Of a DNA stretch of 64,000 bases, positions 26,297 through 34,528 are shown one piece after another (within the stretch, counting starts at the first letter, position 1; each line of letters opens with the position of its first letter). The notes beneath the pieces were generated by a model that worked only from the letters and a program-made list of their open reading frames with translations, searched no databases and was not told the DNA's origin. The DNA lies in the IMG/VR virus record IMGVR_UViG_3300026478_000873, one strand, 5' to 3'. The position numbers were made by a program, and so were the translations under genes. Origin of the DNA: an uncultured virus (IMG/VR IMGVR_UViG_3300026478_000873). Its lineage: Duplodnaviria > Heunggongvirae > Uroviricota > Caudoviricetes.

Positions 26297-26491
26297 ATGT
26301 TCCACATCACAACCACAGAATACGGCCAAACTTTCAACGCCGAAACATTCGCCACGTTTGATGAGGCCTGCGACTTTCTGAACATGCTAGAAATCTCTCA
26401 GGAAGATGCCTACAGTTTCGAGCGTGAATGTTCCATTGCTGAGCTTAAGCAGCAGATCCTAGATCTTATGACTGAGAATCAAGAACCCTAA
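26297..26491 (+). CDS. hypothetical protein
   Basis: 64-aa ORF. Confidence 0.55.
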   Translation: MFHITTTEYGQTFNAETFATFDEACDFLNMLEISQEDAYSFERECSIAELKQQILDLMTENQEP

Positions 26492-26620
26492 GAGGCCCCC
26501 ACAAGCTCCCACAAGCGGCCAAAACCTAGCCCGGTATGTTTCATCATGCCGGGCCTTTCTAGCGTCAGGATGCCGATCCTAGGAAGTGCTGGCGGCCAGT
26601 CCCGGACTAGCTGTCCTGTA

Positions 26621-26691
26621 GGGATGAGGGATTAACTTTCTCCACAGGGCTGTGGAAAACTAATCCCGACCTCCCAACTCGGGATTAACTT
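26621..26691. repeat. inverted repeat with paired DnaA-box-like 9-mers
   Basis: GGGATTA..TTCTCCACA-GGGC-TGTGGAAAA..TAATCCC; GGGATTAACTT repeated at 26681. Confidence 0.6.
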
Positions 26692-26705
26692 TTGCAACAA
26701 TCCGC

Positions 26706-26758
26706 CGTGTAACGTATTGTGACAAACGCTTGACATTTGCGCCGATCTAGCCTAGCCT
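26706..26758 (+). promoter_or_regulatory. promoter: HLR1-like box, TTGACA-17-TAGCCT
   Basis: CGTGTAAC-GT-ATTGTGAC; TTGACA at 26730; TAGCCT at 26753. Confidence 0.65.
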
Positions 26759-26859
26759 GGAGCAGTAGAAGCTACGCCTGCGGTTTTGGGGCGGCGGTAT
26801 ACACCAAAAAAAGTGGCGCTATTTTTCACCTGGAAAATTCGACTTCTAAGTATAAATAC

Positions 26860-27447
26860 TCACCAATTACATAAATGCTCATTGGCTTTCATTTCGCGCC
26901 ACCAAGCATGAGAACGTCCTTGTCCACGTTGACAGTCAAGTTGTTCTGGCCACCAATATGCATTCTTTTCAATATTCTGAGAAGCCTCTAGGACCATTAA
27001 GTTTGCTGGTACATGCAAGCCGCATACAAAATCGTTTTGCAAAGGAACAATATGGTCCACGTGAAATGGTGTTTCAATAATTTTTTCTAGCCATTCTGCA
27101 TGAAGGTAGTGAGCTTGTATCTCTTTGCGAACAATACCTTTTTGTGCCCATGGAGGACAAGCATTAATTTTTTGTGCTTCTCTCATGCGTTTTATAGCAC
27201 GAGCCTTGCCAGGGTTTTCTTTACGCCAACGTTTTACTCTTGCGCGAATCATATGAGCTTTGCGTTTGCCATAGTCACGATTGCGAATGCGTTCTTTTTC
27301 TCGATTTGCCTCACGGTAGTTATGAGTTCTTGTTTTATCGCAAGTTGAACACCAATTCATTCGCCCGTCTTTATTAGATTTGACTTTATAAAAAGCATTA
27401 AAGGACTGAAAAGTGCGACATATGGAACAAGCCTTGATTGCTGCCAT
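26860..27447 (-). CDS. HNH endonuclease with N-terminal Zn finger
   Basis: CSIC...CSTC; PPWA; HVDHIVPLQ..VCGLHVPANL. Confidence 0.88.
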   Translation of the reverse strand: MAAIKACSICRTFQSFNAFYKVKSNKDGRMNWCSTCDKTRTHNYREANREKERIRNRDYGKRKAHMIRARVKRWRKENPGKARAIKRMREAQKINACPPWAQKGIVRKEIQAHYLHAEWLEKIIETPFHVDHIVPLQNDFVCGLHVPANLMVLEASQNIEKNAYWWPEQLDCQRGQGRSHAWWREMKANEHLCNW

Positions 27448-27484
27448 AAATTTAAAAATGCTCCATGGAATATAGCCAGCAAAA

Positions 27485-27928
27485 AGCTAGTTGCCATACG
27501 CTGAAAGCAAGCCGTAGGCGCCGCTTGAAGCGTTTCTAGCAATAGGCAAGACTAATGGAGACGGCCCCAAGCCGTCGTAATGACGCACAAAATCGCGCAT
27601 TTTCCTTTCCATCGTTTTTAGCAAGAAGGCGGCCCTCAAAGGCCGCCGTTCAAGCTTTTAAAGATAGAAAAAGCAATTTTTAAGCCCTGTCTGGCACCAA
27701 GCACATTTTTGGCGACTCATTACTTAGGAACTGAGTCAGCCTTTTTTGTATTTCGCCCCTCGTTGTGAAAGCTCCGTCCCTTTGGGGGGACTGCGCGGAG
27801 GAGAGCGTCGGGGCTTATCTAGCTTTTTTGTTTATCGTTCCGCGCTTGGGGCGCTTCACTAGCTAGAGACGCTCGGGAGGGGCTAAGCAAGGAGCTGAGT
27901 GATTTTTGACGGCACCTTGCCTACGGCT
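27485..27928 (-). ncRNA. candidate large (~400-440 nt) structured RNA
   Basis: Nested long-range helices, TACGAT -10 box at 27934-27929, no ORF. Confidence 0.55.
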
Positions 27929-28110
27929 ATCGTATCTCGGCCTGTGGCTCAAACGTGGCTTTTTTCGTATCATGGCGATACAAAACCTTAAAAATCTTCA
28001 CAATCTTTTAAGCATTCATGGAAATCATGGTCGTTTGCTGAAGAATGTATTAAATAATGCATGTAGAGTTTGTAATAAGAACTAGCGTGGTAAAACTACG
28101 AACTATTGTT

Positions 28111-28302
28111 ATGTTCGGTCTGCCAGAACGTCAGCCATTTAACTATGGTCCCTACAAGCTTTGGCCCTGTTTCAGCAGGCCAGAATTTCAATGGTTTGCA
28201 GCGATAGACGGGGCTCCTCATTACTTTCGGAGTTTGAACGAGGCGAAGCTCTTCATTAAAGACCGTCTCTCCATGGAAGATGCTGAAAATCCTTGCGACT
28301 AA
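28111..28302 (+). CDS. hypothetical protein
   Basis: 63-aa ORF. Confidence 0.6.
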   Translation: MFGLPERQPFNYGPYKLWPCFSRPEFQWFAAIDGAPHYFRSLNEAKLFIKDRLSMEDAENPCD

Positions 28303-28442
28303 TGACTGAAGAAGAAATGAAAGCTTTTGTCCATCGTTCCATCCGCGAGCATGAGCTGCGTGTGGCGCTATGGTCGGGCCTGCTTGGTGCTGCATTATTA
28401 GCTGGCACTTGGCATGCCATCAGGCTCTGTTATTTGCATTAA
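28302..28442 (+). CDS. small membrane protein
   Basis: MTEEEMKAFVHRSIREHELRVALWSGLLGAALLAGTWHAI; not in ORF track. Confidence 0.55.
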   Translation: MTEEEMKAFVHRSIREHELRVALWSGLLGAALLAGTWHAIRLCYLH

Positions 28443-28519
28443 GAAGCATGTGGATAATGGCATTTGCGCTAGCCTTCCTAAGTTAATCGCCAGGGGGCAG
28501 CGCCCCCTTTTGTTGTCTC

Positions 28520-29971
28520 ATGGGACTTAAGGACAAGGCAAAATGTGAGCCAATTGCACGCACGGGAAGGGTTCAAGACTGGCTGGATAATTCCGAAAGT
28601 CGCCTGCCTGTTAGTTGCACGGTTTTCAACGTAGAAGATTCAATGGAGGGGCCAGATGGCATTGAAGCATCTTGGCGGTTTGTTAGCCACGGCTTGCGCA
28701 ATGGTGCGGGGGTCGCTGTTCATTTGTCTTCTTTGCGTCCGAGGAATGCTGAAAATGGCAAAGGCTTGGTGGCAAGCGGACCAGTAAGTTTTGGCAAGAT
28801 TTATTCCACGCTTAATGAAATCTTGAGAAGGGGCGGTGTATACAAAAATGGTGCGATAGTGCTGCATCTTGACTATGACTGCCCTGATGCGCTGGAATTT
28901 ATTAATGCATCACGCAGTGAACTGCCTTGGGTGAAGCGTTGCATCAATGTAGATGAGAAGTTTATTGAGAATAGTTCTCAAGAATTTATTGATGCATTGC
29001 TGAAAGGAATTGGCAATGGTGATATTTGGTTGAACAAAATTCGTTTCAATGCAAAAGGCGAACGCATTCGGGCGAATGTATGTTTAGAAGTTTATCTTCC
29101 ACATCGCGGCACTTGTTTGCTGCAGCACGTCAATCTTGGCGCCTGTAGTTTTGAAAATTTGCAAGGTGCTTTCGTTGAAGGCATGACGCAACTTTGCGAG
29201 CTTCATCCTTCTACTGGCGTTGGTGACACTGGAGAATATCTTTCTCCCACCATTGACAAACAAATTGGTCTGGGCGTGCTCGGCCTGGCTAATTTCCTGG
29301 CCATCCATGGCATTAGCTACGAAGATTTTGGCTATGCATTGAATGCATTCCTTGCTGAGGATCCTCGTGCATGGTTTGAACAATGGAAAGACACCGTAGC
29401 TGGTGAAGCGGTGTGGCAAATGGATCAGGGTATTCAGAAAGCTGCTGAAATTGCCCGCGAGCATGGCATGGAGCGTGCGTTCTGTATTGCCCCCACTGCA
29501 TCGTGCTCCTATCGCTATCTCGATACTCGCGGCTTTACCACTGCTCCTGAAATTGCCCCTCCCATTGGCCGCATTGTTGATCGTGACAGCGGCACGTTTG
29601 GCGTGGAAAGCTTTGATTATGGCGATGTGGAAATTGCTGCTGAAGTTGGCTGGGCGAACTATAAGCGCGTTGCTGATGGCATTGTTTCGCTTTATCAACG
29701 CACTGGGCTTTTCCATGGTTATTCGTTTAATTCATGGAGTGATATGGTCATTTACGACGAAGCATTCCTTCGTGATTGGCTAGAATCTTCACAGACGAGC
29801 CTCTATTACAGCCTGCAAGTCCTGCCTGATACTCAGCGCAAGGACGATGCATACGCTGCATTGGACGACGATTTTAAGAGCATGTTTGGCTTAGACGAAG
29901 AGTCTGAAGCTGATGAATCTTCTGCGTCTTGCAATTTAGAGGCTGGCTTTTGCGCTGCTTGCGCTGAATAA
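28520..29971 (+). CDS. nrdA: ribonucleotide reductase alpha subunit, short cyanophage type
   Basis: RLPVSC, RRGG, NVCLE, CLLQHVNL, IAPTASCS, C-terminal C..CAE. Confidence 0.9.
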   Translation: MGLKDKAKCEPIARTGRVQDWLDNSESRLPVSCTVFNVEDSMEGPDGIEASWRFVSHGLRNGAGVAVHLSSLRPRNAENGKGLVASGPVSFGKIYSTLNEILRRGGVYKNGAIVLHLDYDCPDALEFINASRSELPWVKRCINVDEKFIENSSQEFIDALLKGIGNGDIWLNKIRFNAKGERIRANVCLEVYLPHRGTCLLQHVNLGACSFENLQGAFVEGMTQLCELHPSTGVGDTGEYLSPTIDKQIGLGVLGLANFLAIHGISYEDFGYALNAFLAEDPRAWFEQWKDTVAGEAVWQMDQGIQKAAEIAREHGMERAFCIAPTASCSYRYLDTRGFTTAPEIAPPIGRIVDRDSGTFGVESFDYGDVEIAAEVGWANYKRVADGIVSLYQRTGLFHGYSFNSWSDMVIYDEAFLRDWLESSQTSLYYSLQVLPDTQRKDDAYAALDDDFKSMFGLDEESEADESSASCNLEAGFCAACAE

Positions 29972-29974
29972 AAA

Positions 29975-29999
29975 AGAAGGGGGCTTTAAGCCCCCTTTC
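29975..29999 (+). terminator. hairpin / terminator
   Basis: AAGGGGGCT-TTA-AGCCCCCTT. Confidence 0.55.
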
Positions 30000-30030
30000 T
30001 CCTCACACACCACCGAATGATACTACGACC

Positions 30031-30765
30031 ATGACCGTGAAGAGCCCCTATCTGTCGATGATCGCCAAGAAACGGCCTTGGCAGGCGGTGCCTGTTAGCA
30101 AGGGCAAGCTAAAAGAAGGTGGCGAGGACACGATTTACAATTTGCTGGCTCTGCGTCATTTGGAACTGCCCGTGAAGGACTTCTTGGAGCAGGGGCTGCA
30201 GCGTGATCTTCCTTCCACGCCTGGCGTTATTGAAGCGCTGCGTCATAACCAAGACGATGAGCAGCGGCATGACGAGGCACTGAATTATGTGACGGCTGCC
30301 CACGGCACCAATGAGAAAGCTGAAAAGGAAGTGGCAAACATCCTCAAGGCATGGCAGGAGCATCCCGCTCATCCCATTTTGAAAGCTGCCATTTTGGAGC
30401 GGAGTATTTTCTTCGTTGCATTGCCATTTTTCCGTTTCAATGGAGATATTGGCATTCGCACTGTGGCGGCTGATATTAGTCGGGATGAGATTACGCACGT
30501 TGGCGTGCATAGTCTTGTTGCTCGGGAGCTGGGCGAAACTGCTGGTCAGAGCCTGAATAAACTGCGTCGGGCCACTGTATTGTGGGCTTTTGATGCGCTG
30601 CAGGCGAGCACGGATAAGTGGTTGAACAAGGATTTCTGGCTGCGTCAGAGTGATAGCTTGTTTGAGAAGGGCAAAGCTGAAGAGCTGAATGATACGGCTC
30701 GCAGTCGCATGCCTTCTTTCTTTGAAGCTGCTAACAATGATCTGCCCCAATACGGGCGGGCATGA
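30031..30765 (+). CDS. nrdB: ribonucleotide reductase beta subunit (ferritin-like)
   Basis: ELPV, DEQRH, LERSIFF, DEITH ligand motifs; adjacent to alpha. Confidence 0.8.
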   Translation: MTVKSPYLSMIAKKRPWQAVPVSKGKLKEGGEDTIYNLLALRHLELPVKDFLEQGLQRDLPSTPGVIEALRHNQDDEQRHDEALNYVTAAHGTNEKAEKEVANILKAWQEHPAHPILKAAILERSIFFVALPFFRFNGDIGIRTVAADISRDEITHVGVHSLVARELGETAGQSLNKLRRATVLWAFDALQASTDKWLNKDFWLRQSDSLFEKGKAEELNDTARSRMPSFFEAANNDLPQYGRA

Positions 30766-30794
30766 TATAGTTAGCTAGTTCCCCCTCTCTTTTC

Positions 30795-30868
30795 GATGGG
30801 GCCTGGGAGGCTAAGACAGCGCTGAGCAGATAGCTCAGAAGAGCCAGGTGCAATTCCTGGCCCTCTCG
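30795..30868 (+). tRNA. degenerate tRNA-like element (GAT in anticodon position)
   Basis: 74 nt; T-arm CCAGG-TGCAATT-CCTGG; stem CTGAG/CTCAG; imperfect acceptor and D arms. Confidence 0.4.
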
Positions 30869-30882
30869 TTTTAATTCTTGTT

Positions 30883-31437
30883 ATGAGCGCGTTCGTCACG
30901 TCAGACTTGCATCTTGGCCATATCAAGATGCTGAGCTTTTCCCGGCCTGATGGTGAGCTGCTAAGACCATTTTCCTCCATTGAAGAGATGCATGAAACGC
31001 TTGTAGAGCGTTGGAACAAAATGGTCCATGCAAAGGACAGAATTTACATCCTGGGAGACGTGGCTATTCCACGGTCTGGACTGAAAGTGTTAGAGCGTCT
31101 CAACGGAAATAAAGTGTTAATTCGCGGAAATCATGATATTTTTAAAATTCAAGATTATCTTCCATATTTTGAGGACATTCGTGGTGCCTTCTATCGTGAT
31201 GGGCTTATTTTTACGCACATCCCTGTGCATCCAGAAGGTTTAGACGGCAAGCGCTATGTTGGTAATGTGCATGGCCATTTACATTGCCATCGCGTGTTGA
31301 ACGGCAATGGAGAAATAGACGAGCGTTATTTTAATGCGTGTGTGGAAGTGAATAATTTTTCTCCTGTAGCATTGGAACATATAAAGGCTTATTTTCAAGC
31401 CAATGAACGAGCGCCGCACATTCAACACTCCCATTAG
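30883..31437 (+). CDS. calcineurin-like metallophosphoesterase
   Basis: SDLHLGH, LGDV, GNHD, THIP, HGHLH. Confidence 0.9.
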   Translation: MSAFVTSDLHLGHIKMLSFSRPDGELLRPFSSIEEMHETLVERWNKMVHAKDRIYILGDVAIPRSGLKVLERLNGNKVLIRGNHDIFKIQDYLPYFEDIRGAFYRDGLIFTHIPVHPEGLDGKRYVGNVHGHLHCHRVLNGNGEIDERYFNACVEVNNFSPVALEHIKAYFQANERAPHIQHSH

Positions 31438-31630
31438 GGAGCCATGGAACGCTCCTATTCATAATATTCTTAAAGCTATAGACGCTCACATGGCTTTATA
31501 TTTTGTCCATCGTGATCCATGGCATTTAGAGAAGGCGGCCATGCTTAGAGCTTATCTTCATGAACTAAAATCTTACATTCATCGACAAGAAGCAAATGTG
31601 GCGAGTGTGGGCAAAAGCGCTGGGGAGTAA
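31403..31630 (+). CDS. conserved hypothetical protein
   Basis: FNTPIREPWN..IH..LKAID.H motif. Confidence 0.65.
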   Translation: MNERRTFNTPIREPWNAPIHNILKAIDAHMALYFVHRDPWHLEKAAMLRAYLHELKSYIHRQEANVASVGKSAGE

Positions 31631-31787
31631 GGAGAGCAATTGTGACAAGGAAGCGGACAAAGTGGCAATTGTCCGCACGCTTATTTTTGCTTCTTATTTG
31701 ATCACTAATATTGCAATTGTTGCTAATGCCTGGCGGCATTGGAATGACAACGAATGTATCCCACAGGCTACAAAAAAGGGGCCTTGA
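31596..31787 (+). CDS. small membrane protein
   Basis: MWRVWAKALG.K...ADKVAIVRT...IVANAWRHW. Confidence 0.7.
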   Translation: MWRVWAKALGSKESNCDKEADKVAIVRTLIFASYLITNIAIVANAWRHWNDNECIPQATKKGP

Positions 31788-31804
31788 GGCCCCTTACTTA
31801 ATGC

Positions 31805-31924
31805 TTAGAACCAGTGAGGCTTGGGTACGTAGGCAACGCCACGATAGACAAGCGAAGCCATTTGAGCTTCACGCAGACGCGCAGCTTTCTCAAGCTGCTG
31901 CTTGATGAGAGCGAGGGGGTTCAT
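31805..31924 (-). CDS. DUF4278-like YRG peptide, 39 aa
   Basis: MNPLALIKQQLEKAARLREAQMASLVYRGVAYVPKPHWF*. Confidence 0.8.
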   Translation of the reverse strand: MNPLALIKQQLEKAARLREAQMASLVYRGVAYVPKPHWF

Positions 31925-31937
31925 GATGGTTCCCGAT

Positions 31938-31996
31938 GATGCGCGGTCCCGTTCCGTACCGTGCGAGTCATGCACTCCATCGCTGGAGCGAACGTC
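31938..31996 (-). promoter_or_regulatory. glutamine-II (Downstream-peptide) riboswitch candidate
   Basis: CGTTC...GGAACGGG, inner hairpin CTCCA-GCGA-TGGAG, GCA, pseudoknot GCACGGT/ACCGCGC; upstream of the YRG peptide. Confidence 0.75.
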
Positions 31997-32013
31997 CTTT
32001 CAGCTTAGCATGA

Positions 32014-32103
32014 TGCCCTTGGTGGGATTTGAACCCACATGGGAAAGACTGTGTTCCCTACGGCTTTTAAGGCCGTTGCATAAACCAGTTCTGCTACAAG
32101 GGC
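32014..32103 (-). tRNA. tRNA-Leu(UAA)
   Basis: GCCCTTG/CAAGGGC acceptor, ACGGC-CTTAAAA-GCCGT, long variable arm, GTGGG-TTCAAAT-CCCAC; CCA not encoded. Confidence 0.93.
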
Positions 32104-32110
32104 GTGAGGA

Positions 32111-32255
32111 GCGAAGGTACTGAGAGCGGAGCTTCAATCCGCCGTTATACAGCTTTTAACCATGGGTCGGCCCATGGCCTTTGCTCCATTGTGGCAACGA
32201 ACAGCATCCCCCGATACTGTCCTTTAAAACGCTGGCCAGCGTGCTTCGCGAAAGC
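32111..32255 (-). ncRNA. candidate multi-hairpin RNA upstream of tRNA-Leu
   Basis: TATGAT -10 box; GCGAAG/CTTCGC closing helix around several hairpins. Confidence 0.45.
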
Positions 32256-32279
32256 TTTGAAATCATAACACGACGATAG

Positions 32280-32543
32280 TCAGGCGTCATATTCTCTTAA
32301 GCTTTCATCGCCATGATGATCTGGCATGTAGTCATCAGTGGTGGCGTCTGCTTCCCAAGAGCGCTCCAGTTGCTCCTCTTCTTTCAGGCGCTTGGCATGA
32401 GCCTTGAGTTTTGGAAGCAATGTAGGAATATATAAGTGTTCAGCAGCAAGAAGCTGGAGAGAAGTTTGCTTGCTAGTAGGAGCATTTTCAAGCAATGCAA
32501 CAAGAAACTTCGTTTCCTGCATGGTTAATTTGCAATAAGTCAC
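32280..32543 (-). CDS. hypothetical protein
   Basis: 87-aa ORF downstream of terL. Confidence 0.6.
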   Translation of the reverse strand: MTYCKLTMQETKFLVALLENAPTSKQTSLQLLAAEHLYIPTLLPKLKAHAKRLKEEEQLERSWEADATTDDYMPDHHGDESLREYDA

Positions 32544-32574
32544 TTCATGACAGAACTATTGTTTGAAAATCATA

Positions 32575-33945
32575 CTAGGAGATTAGGCTTTCGATCCAGC
32601 CAATGTCATCATCTTTACTTGCGGCGAGAATGGCACCGGCCATGGCAAATGCTAAGTCGTCAATACCAGTGGCCTTGCCACCAGTCACACTCCATTGCCC
32701 GCTTGGTTTATAGACCACAGTTAGATTTTTGAGCTGCATGATTGCCTTTTCGTGGCGATAGATATTGATTTGCCCTGCATTAAAAAGCTCTCGCATTTTG
32801 CTGAAAGCTTTCATTTTTGAACTGACGGTCCAAGTGAGTTCTGTGATGGGAAGGTCACTGGCCAAGCTTTGAATGGTGCCAGCGCTATTGAACTGGTCCA
32901 TCACAATGGTGTCAAAAATATATAGGCGGTGTTGTTCTTTAATCCAATCTTCTACTGCATTGATATTGACTTCCATCCGTCCGTTGATTTCAAAATCAGC
33001 AACGAAAGAATGGAACTTGTCAACAACCAAAGTGCCGTTCTCATAGTGAACAATGCAAGCAGTGTAGTCGTCGCGGCCAACGCCACCACGGGCGGGGTCA
33101 AGGGCAAGGACGTAAGCTCCTTGGAATTCAGGACGTGGTGGTAGTGCTGCACGGCGATCATCAATACAGGCATCAATTACATCACTATTCACCAGCGCGG
33201 AAAGATTGCTAGCGAATTGGGCTCCATACTCAACTTTAAATTTTTCGGGATCACGCTGTCTCTCTGTGTCAAGAAACTCTTGCGAAATATTTGGGTTCAT
33301 CTCCCACGTTGGGAGATTCACTGCCTGCATGAAAGGGAAACGGCCTGATGATGCTTCTTTGAAATGCTGGTAGAAGATACCGTCAGTTAGCCACGGGGAG
33401 GACAGTTCAAGGATGCGCCCCTTTCCTCCAAACTGAGCGATGGCAGGAGACAATGCGTCATAAATGCCACGGCCTCCACTGTTTGCATCGCCTTCGGTGG
33501 CAAATGCAAGCTCGTCGAAAACTGCTCCGGCGCAAGCAAGGCCACGAGCAGCCCGGCCAGAAGTGGGGATGGCCTTAAACACGCAATTATTGCTCAGCTC
33601 AATGATGTCGGCGGTTTCGCGGACAATTTCTTGAGCAAAGGGACTCTCAATGATTAGCTGACGGATGTTGTTTAAAGCAATGCGAGCTTGATCCTGGCTG
33701 TTTGCCACTGTCACCACATACCATCGCTCCCCTTTTCTGACTTTGCGGCGATATTCCTCTTCTAAAACGAAGCACATATAGAGACATGCCACGGCAGCCA
33801 TCAAAGTTTTGCCGCTTCTTCGCCCTAATGCCCATACTGCATGCGACTTTCCTGGCTGGAAGAATTCATCCAGAATGCGAGCCTGTGCCGGATAAAGCTC
33901 TAGCTTGAGAGCGTGCTTTGCAAATTGGCTGCAAGTAAGGTTCAC
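32575..33945 (-). CDS. terL: terminase large subunit
   Basis: GRRSGKT Walker A, VFDE Walker B, LSSP, ALDPA, DDLA nuclease motifs. Confidence 0.92.
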   Translation of the reverse strand: MNLTCSQFAKHALKLELYPAQARILDEFFQPGKSHAVWALGRRSGKTLMAAVACLYMCFVLEEEYRRKVRKGERWYVVTVANSQDQARIALNNIRQLIIESPFAQEIVRETADIIELSNNCVFKAIPTSGRAARGLACAGAVFDELAFATEGDANSGGRGIYDALSPAIAQFGGKGRILELSSPWLTDGIFYQHFKEASSGRFPFMQAVNLPTWEMNPNISQEFLDTERQRDPEKFKVEYGAQFASNLSALVNSDVIDACIDDRRAALPPRPEFQGAYVLALDPARGGVGRDDYTACIVHYENGTLVVDKFHSFVADFEINGRMEVNINAVEDWIKEQHRLYIFDTIVMDQFNSAGTIQSLASDLPITELTWTVSSKMKAFSKMRELFNAGQINIYRHEKAIMQLKNLTVVYKPSGQWSVTGGKATGIDDLAFAMAGAILAASKDDDIGWIESLIS

Positions 33946-34454
33946 TTGTATTTCAATCGAGATAGAGACTTTAATTCGTCTTTAGGAACAAAATATGCAG
34001 GGCGTCCTCCTGCTGGATCTTTCTTCCATTGTTCCTTCATTGCATCAGCAGCTTGTATCCAACCATGGATGAGCGTAATGCGATTTTCAATTGTGACGAG
34101 CACCAATATCTTATCTGGGCTTTCATCAAGCTGCACTATTAAATCGTAATAATGACGGGAGCGAGTTTTAACATCGATATTGGGAGGAAGATCTGCGGAA
34201 CCGCGTTTTGCTTCTGTTTCTTGATAGAGCTTATCTTCCATACCGAGCATGACTGCTACTGCCATTTCGCCTGCAGCGCCGAGCATGTGATAGCGGAGCG
34301 CCAGTTCGCCTTTTTCCGCTTTTTCCCCACCATTGTTCCGGCTTTTTCTGCATTGCTGCTCATTGAGGGCCTGCCTGCGAAAGGCTTCAGTGCGAGCGCG
34401 TTGCCGCTGATCAGCGCTAAAGGCGAAGGTCAGTGGAGGCGCCAGGAAGTCCAT
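33942..34454 (-). CDS. PD-(D/E)XK-like nuclease
   Basis: GAAGEMAVA...AD...IDVKT. Confidence 0.65.
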   Translation of the reverse strand: MDFLAPPLTFAFSADQRQRARTEAFRRQALNEQQCRKSRNNGGEKAEKGELALRYHMLGAAGEMAVAVMLGMEDKLYQETEAKRGSADLPPNIDVKTRSRHYYDLIVQLDESPDKILVLVTIENRITLIHGWIQAADAMKEQWKKDPAGGRPAYFVPKDELKSLSRLKYK

Positions 34455-34528
34455 AGTGTGCAGTTTCTACGGACAATGTATACAGGAATTAGACTGAATG
34501 CAATACAACTTAGCCATTAGCGTTGGTT

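Noticed and set aside
25576..27447. Group I intron around either HNH gene
   Set aside because: No interrupted host gene or recognisable P7/catalytic core
27967..27981. NtcA-like site GTA...TAC
   Set aside because: Spacer is 9 nt, not the 8 nt required
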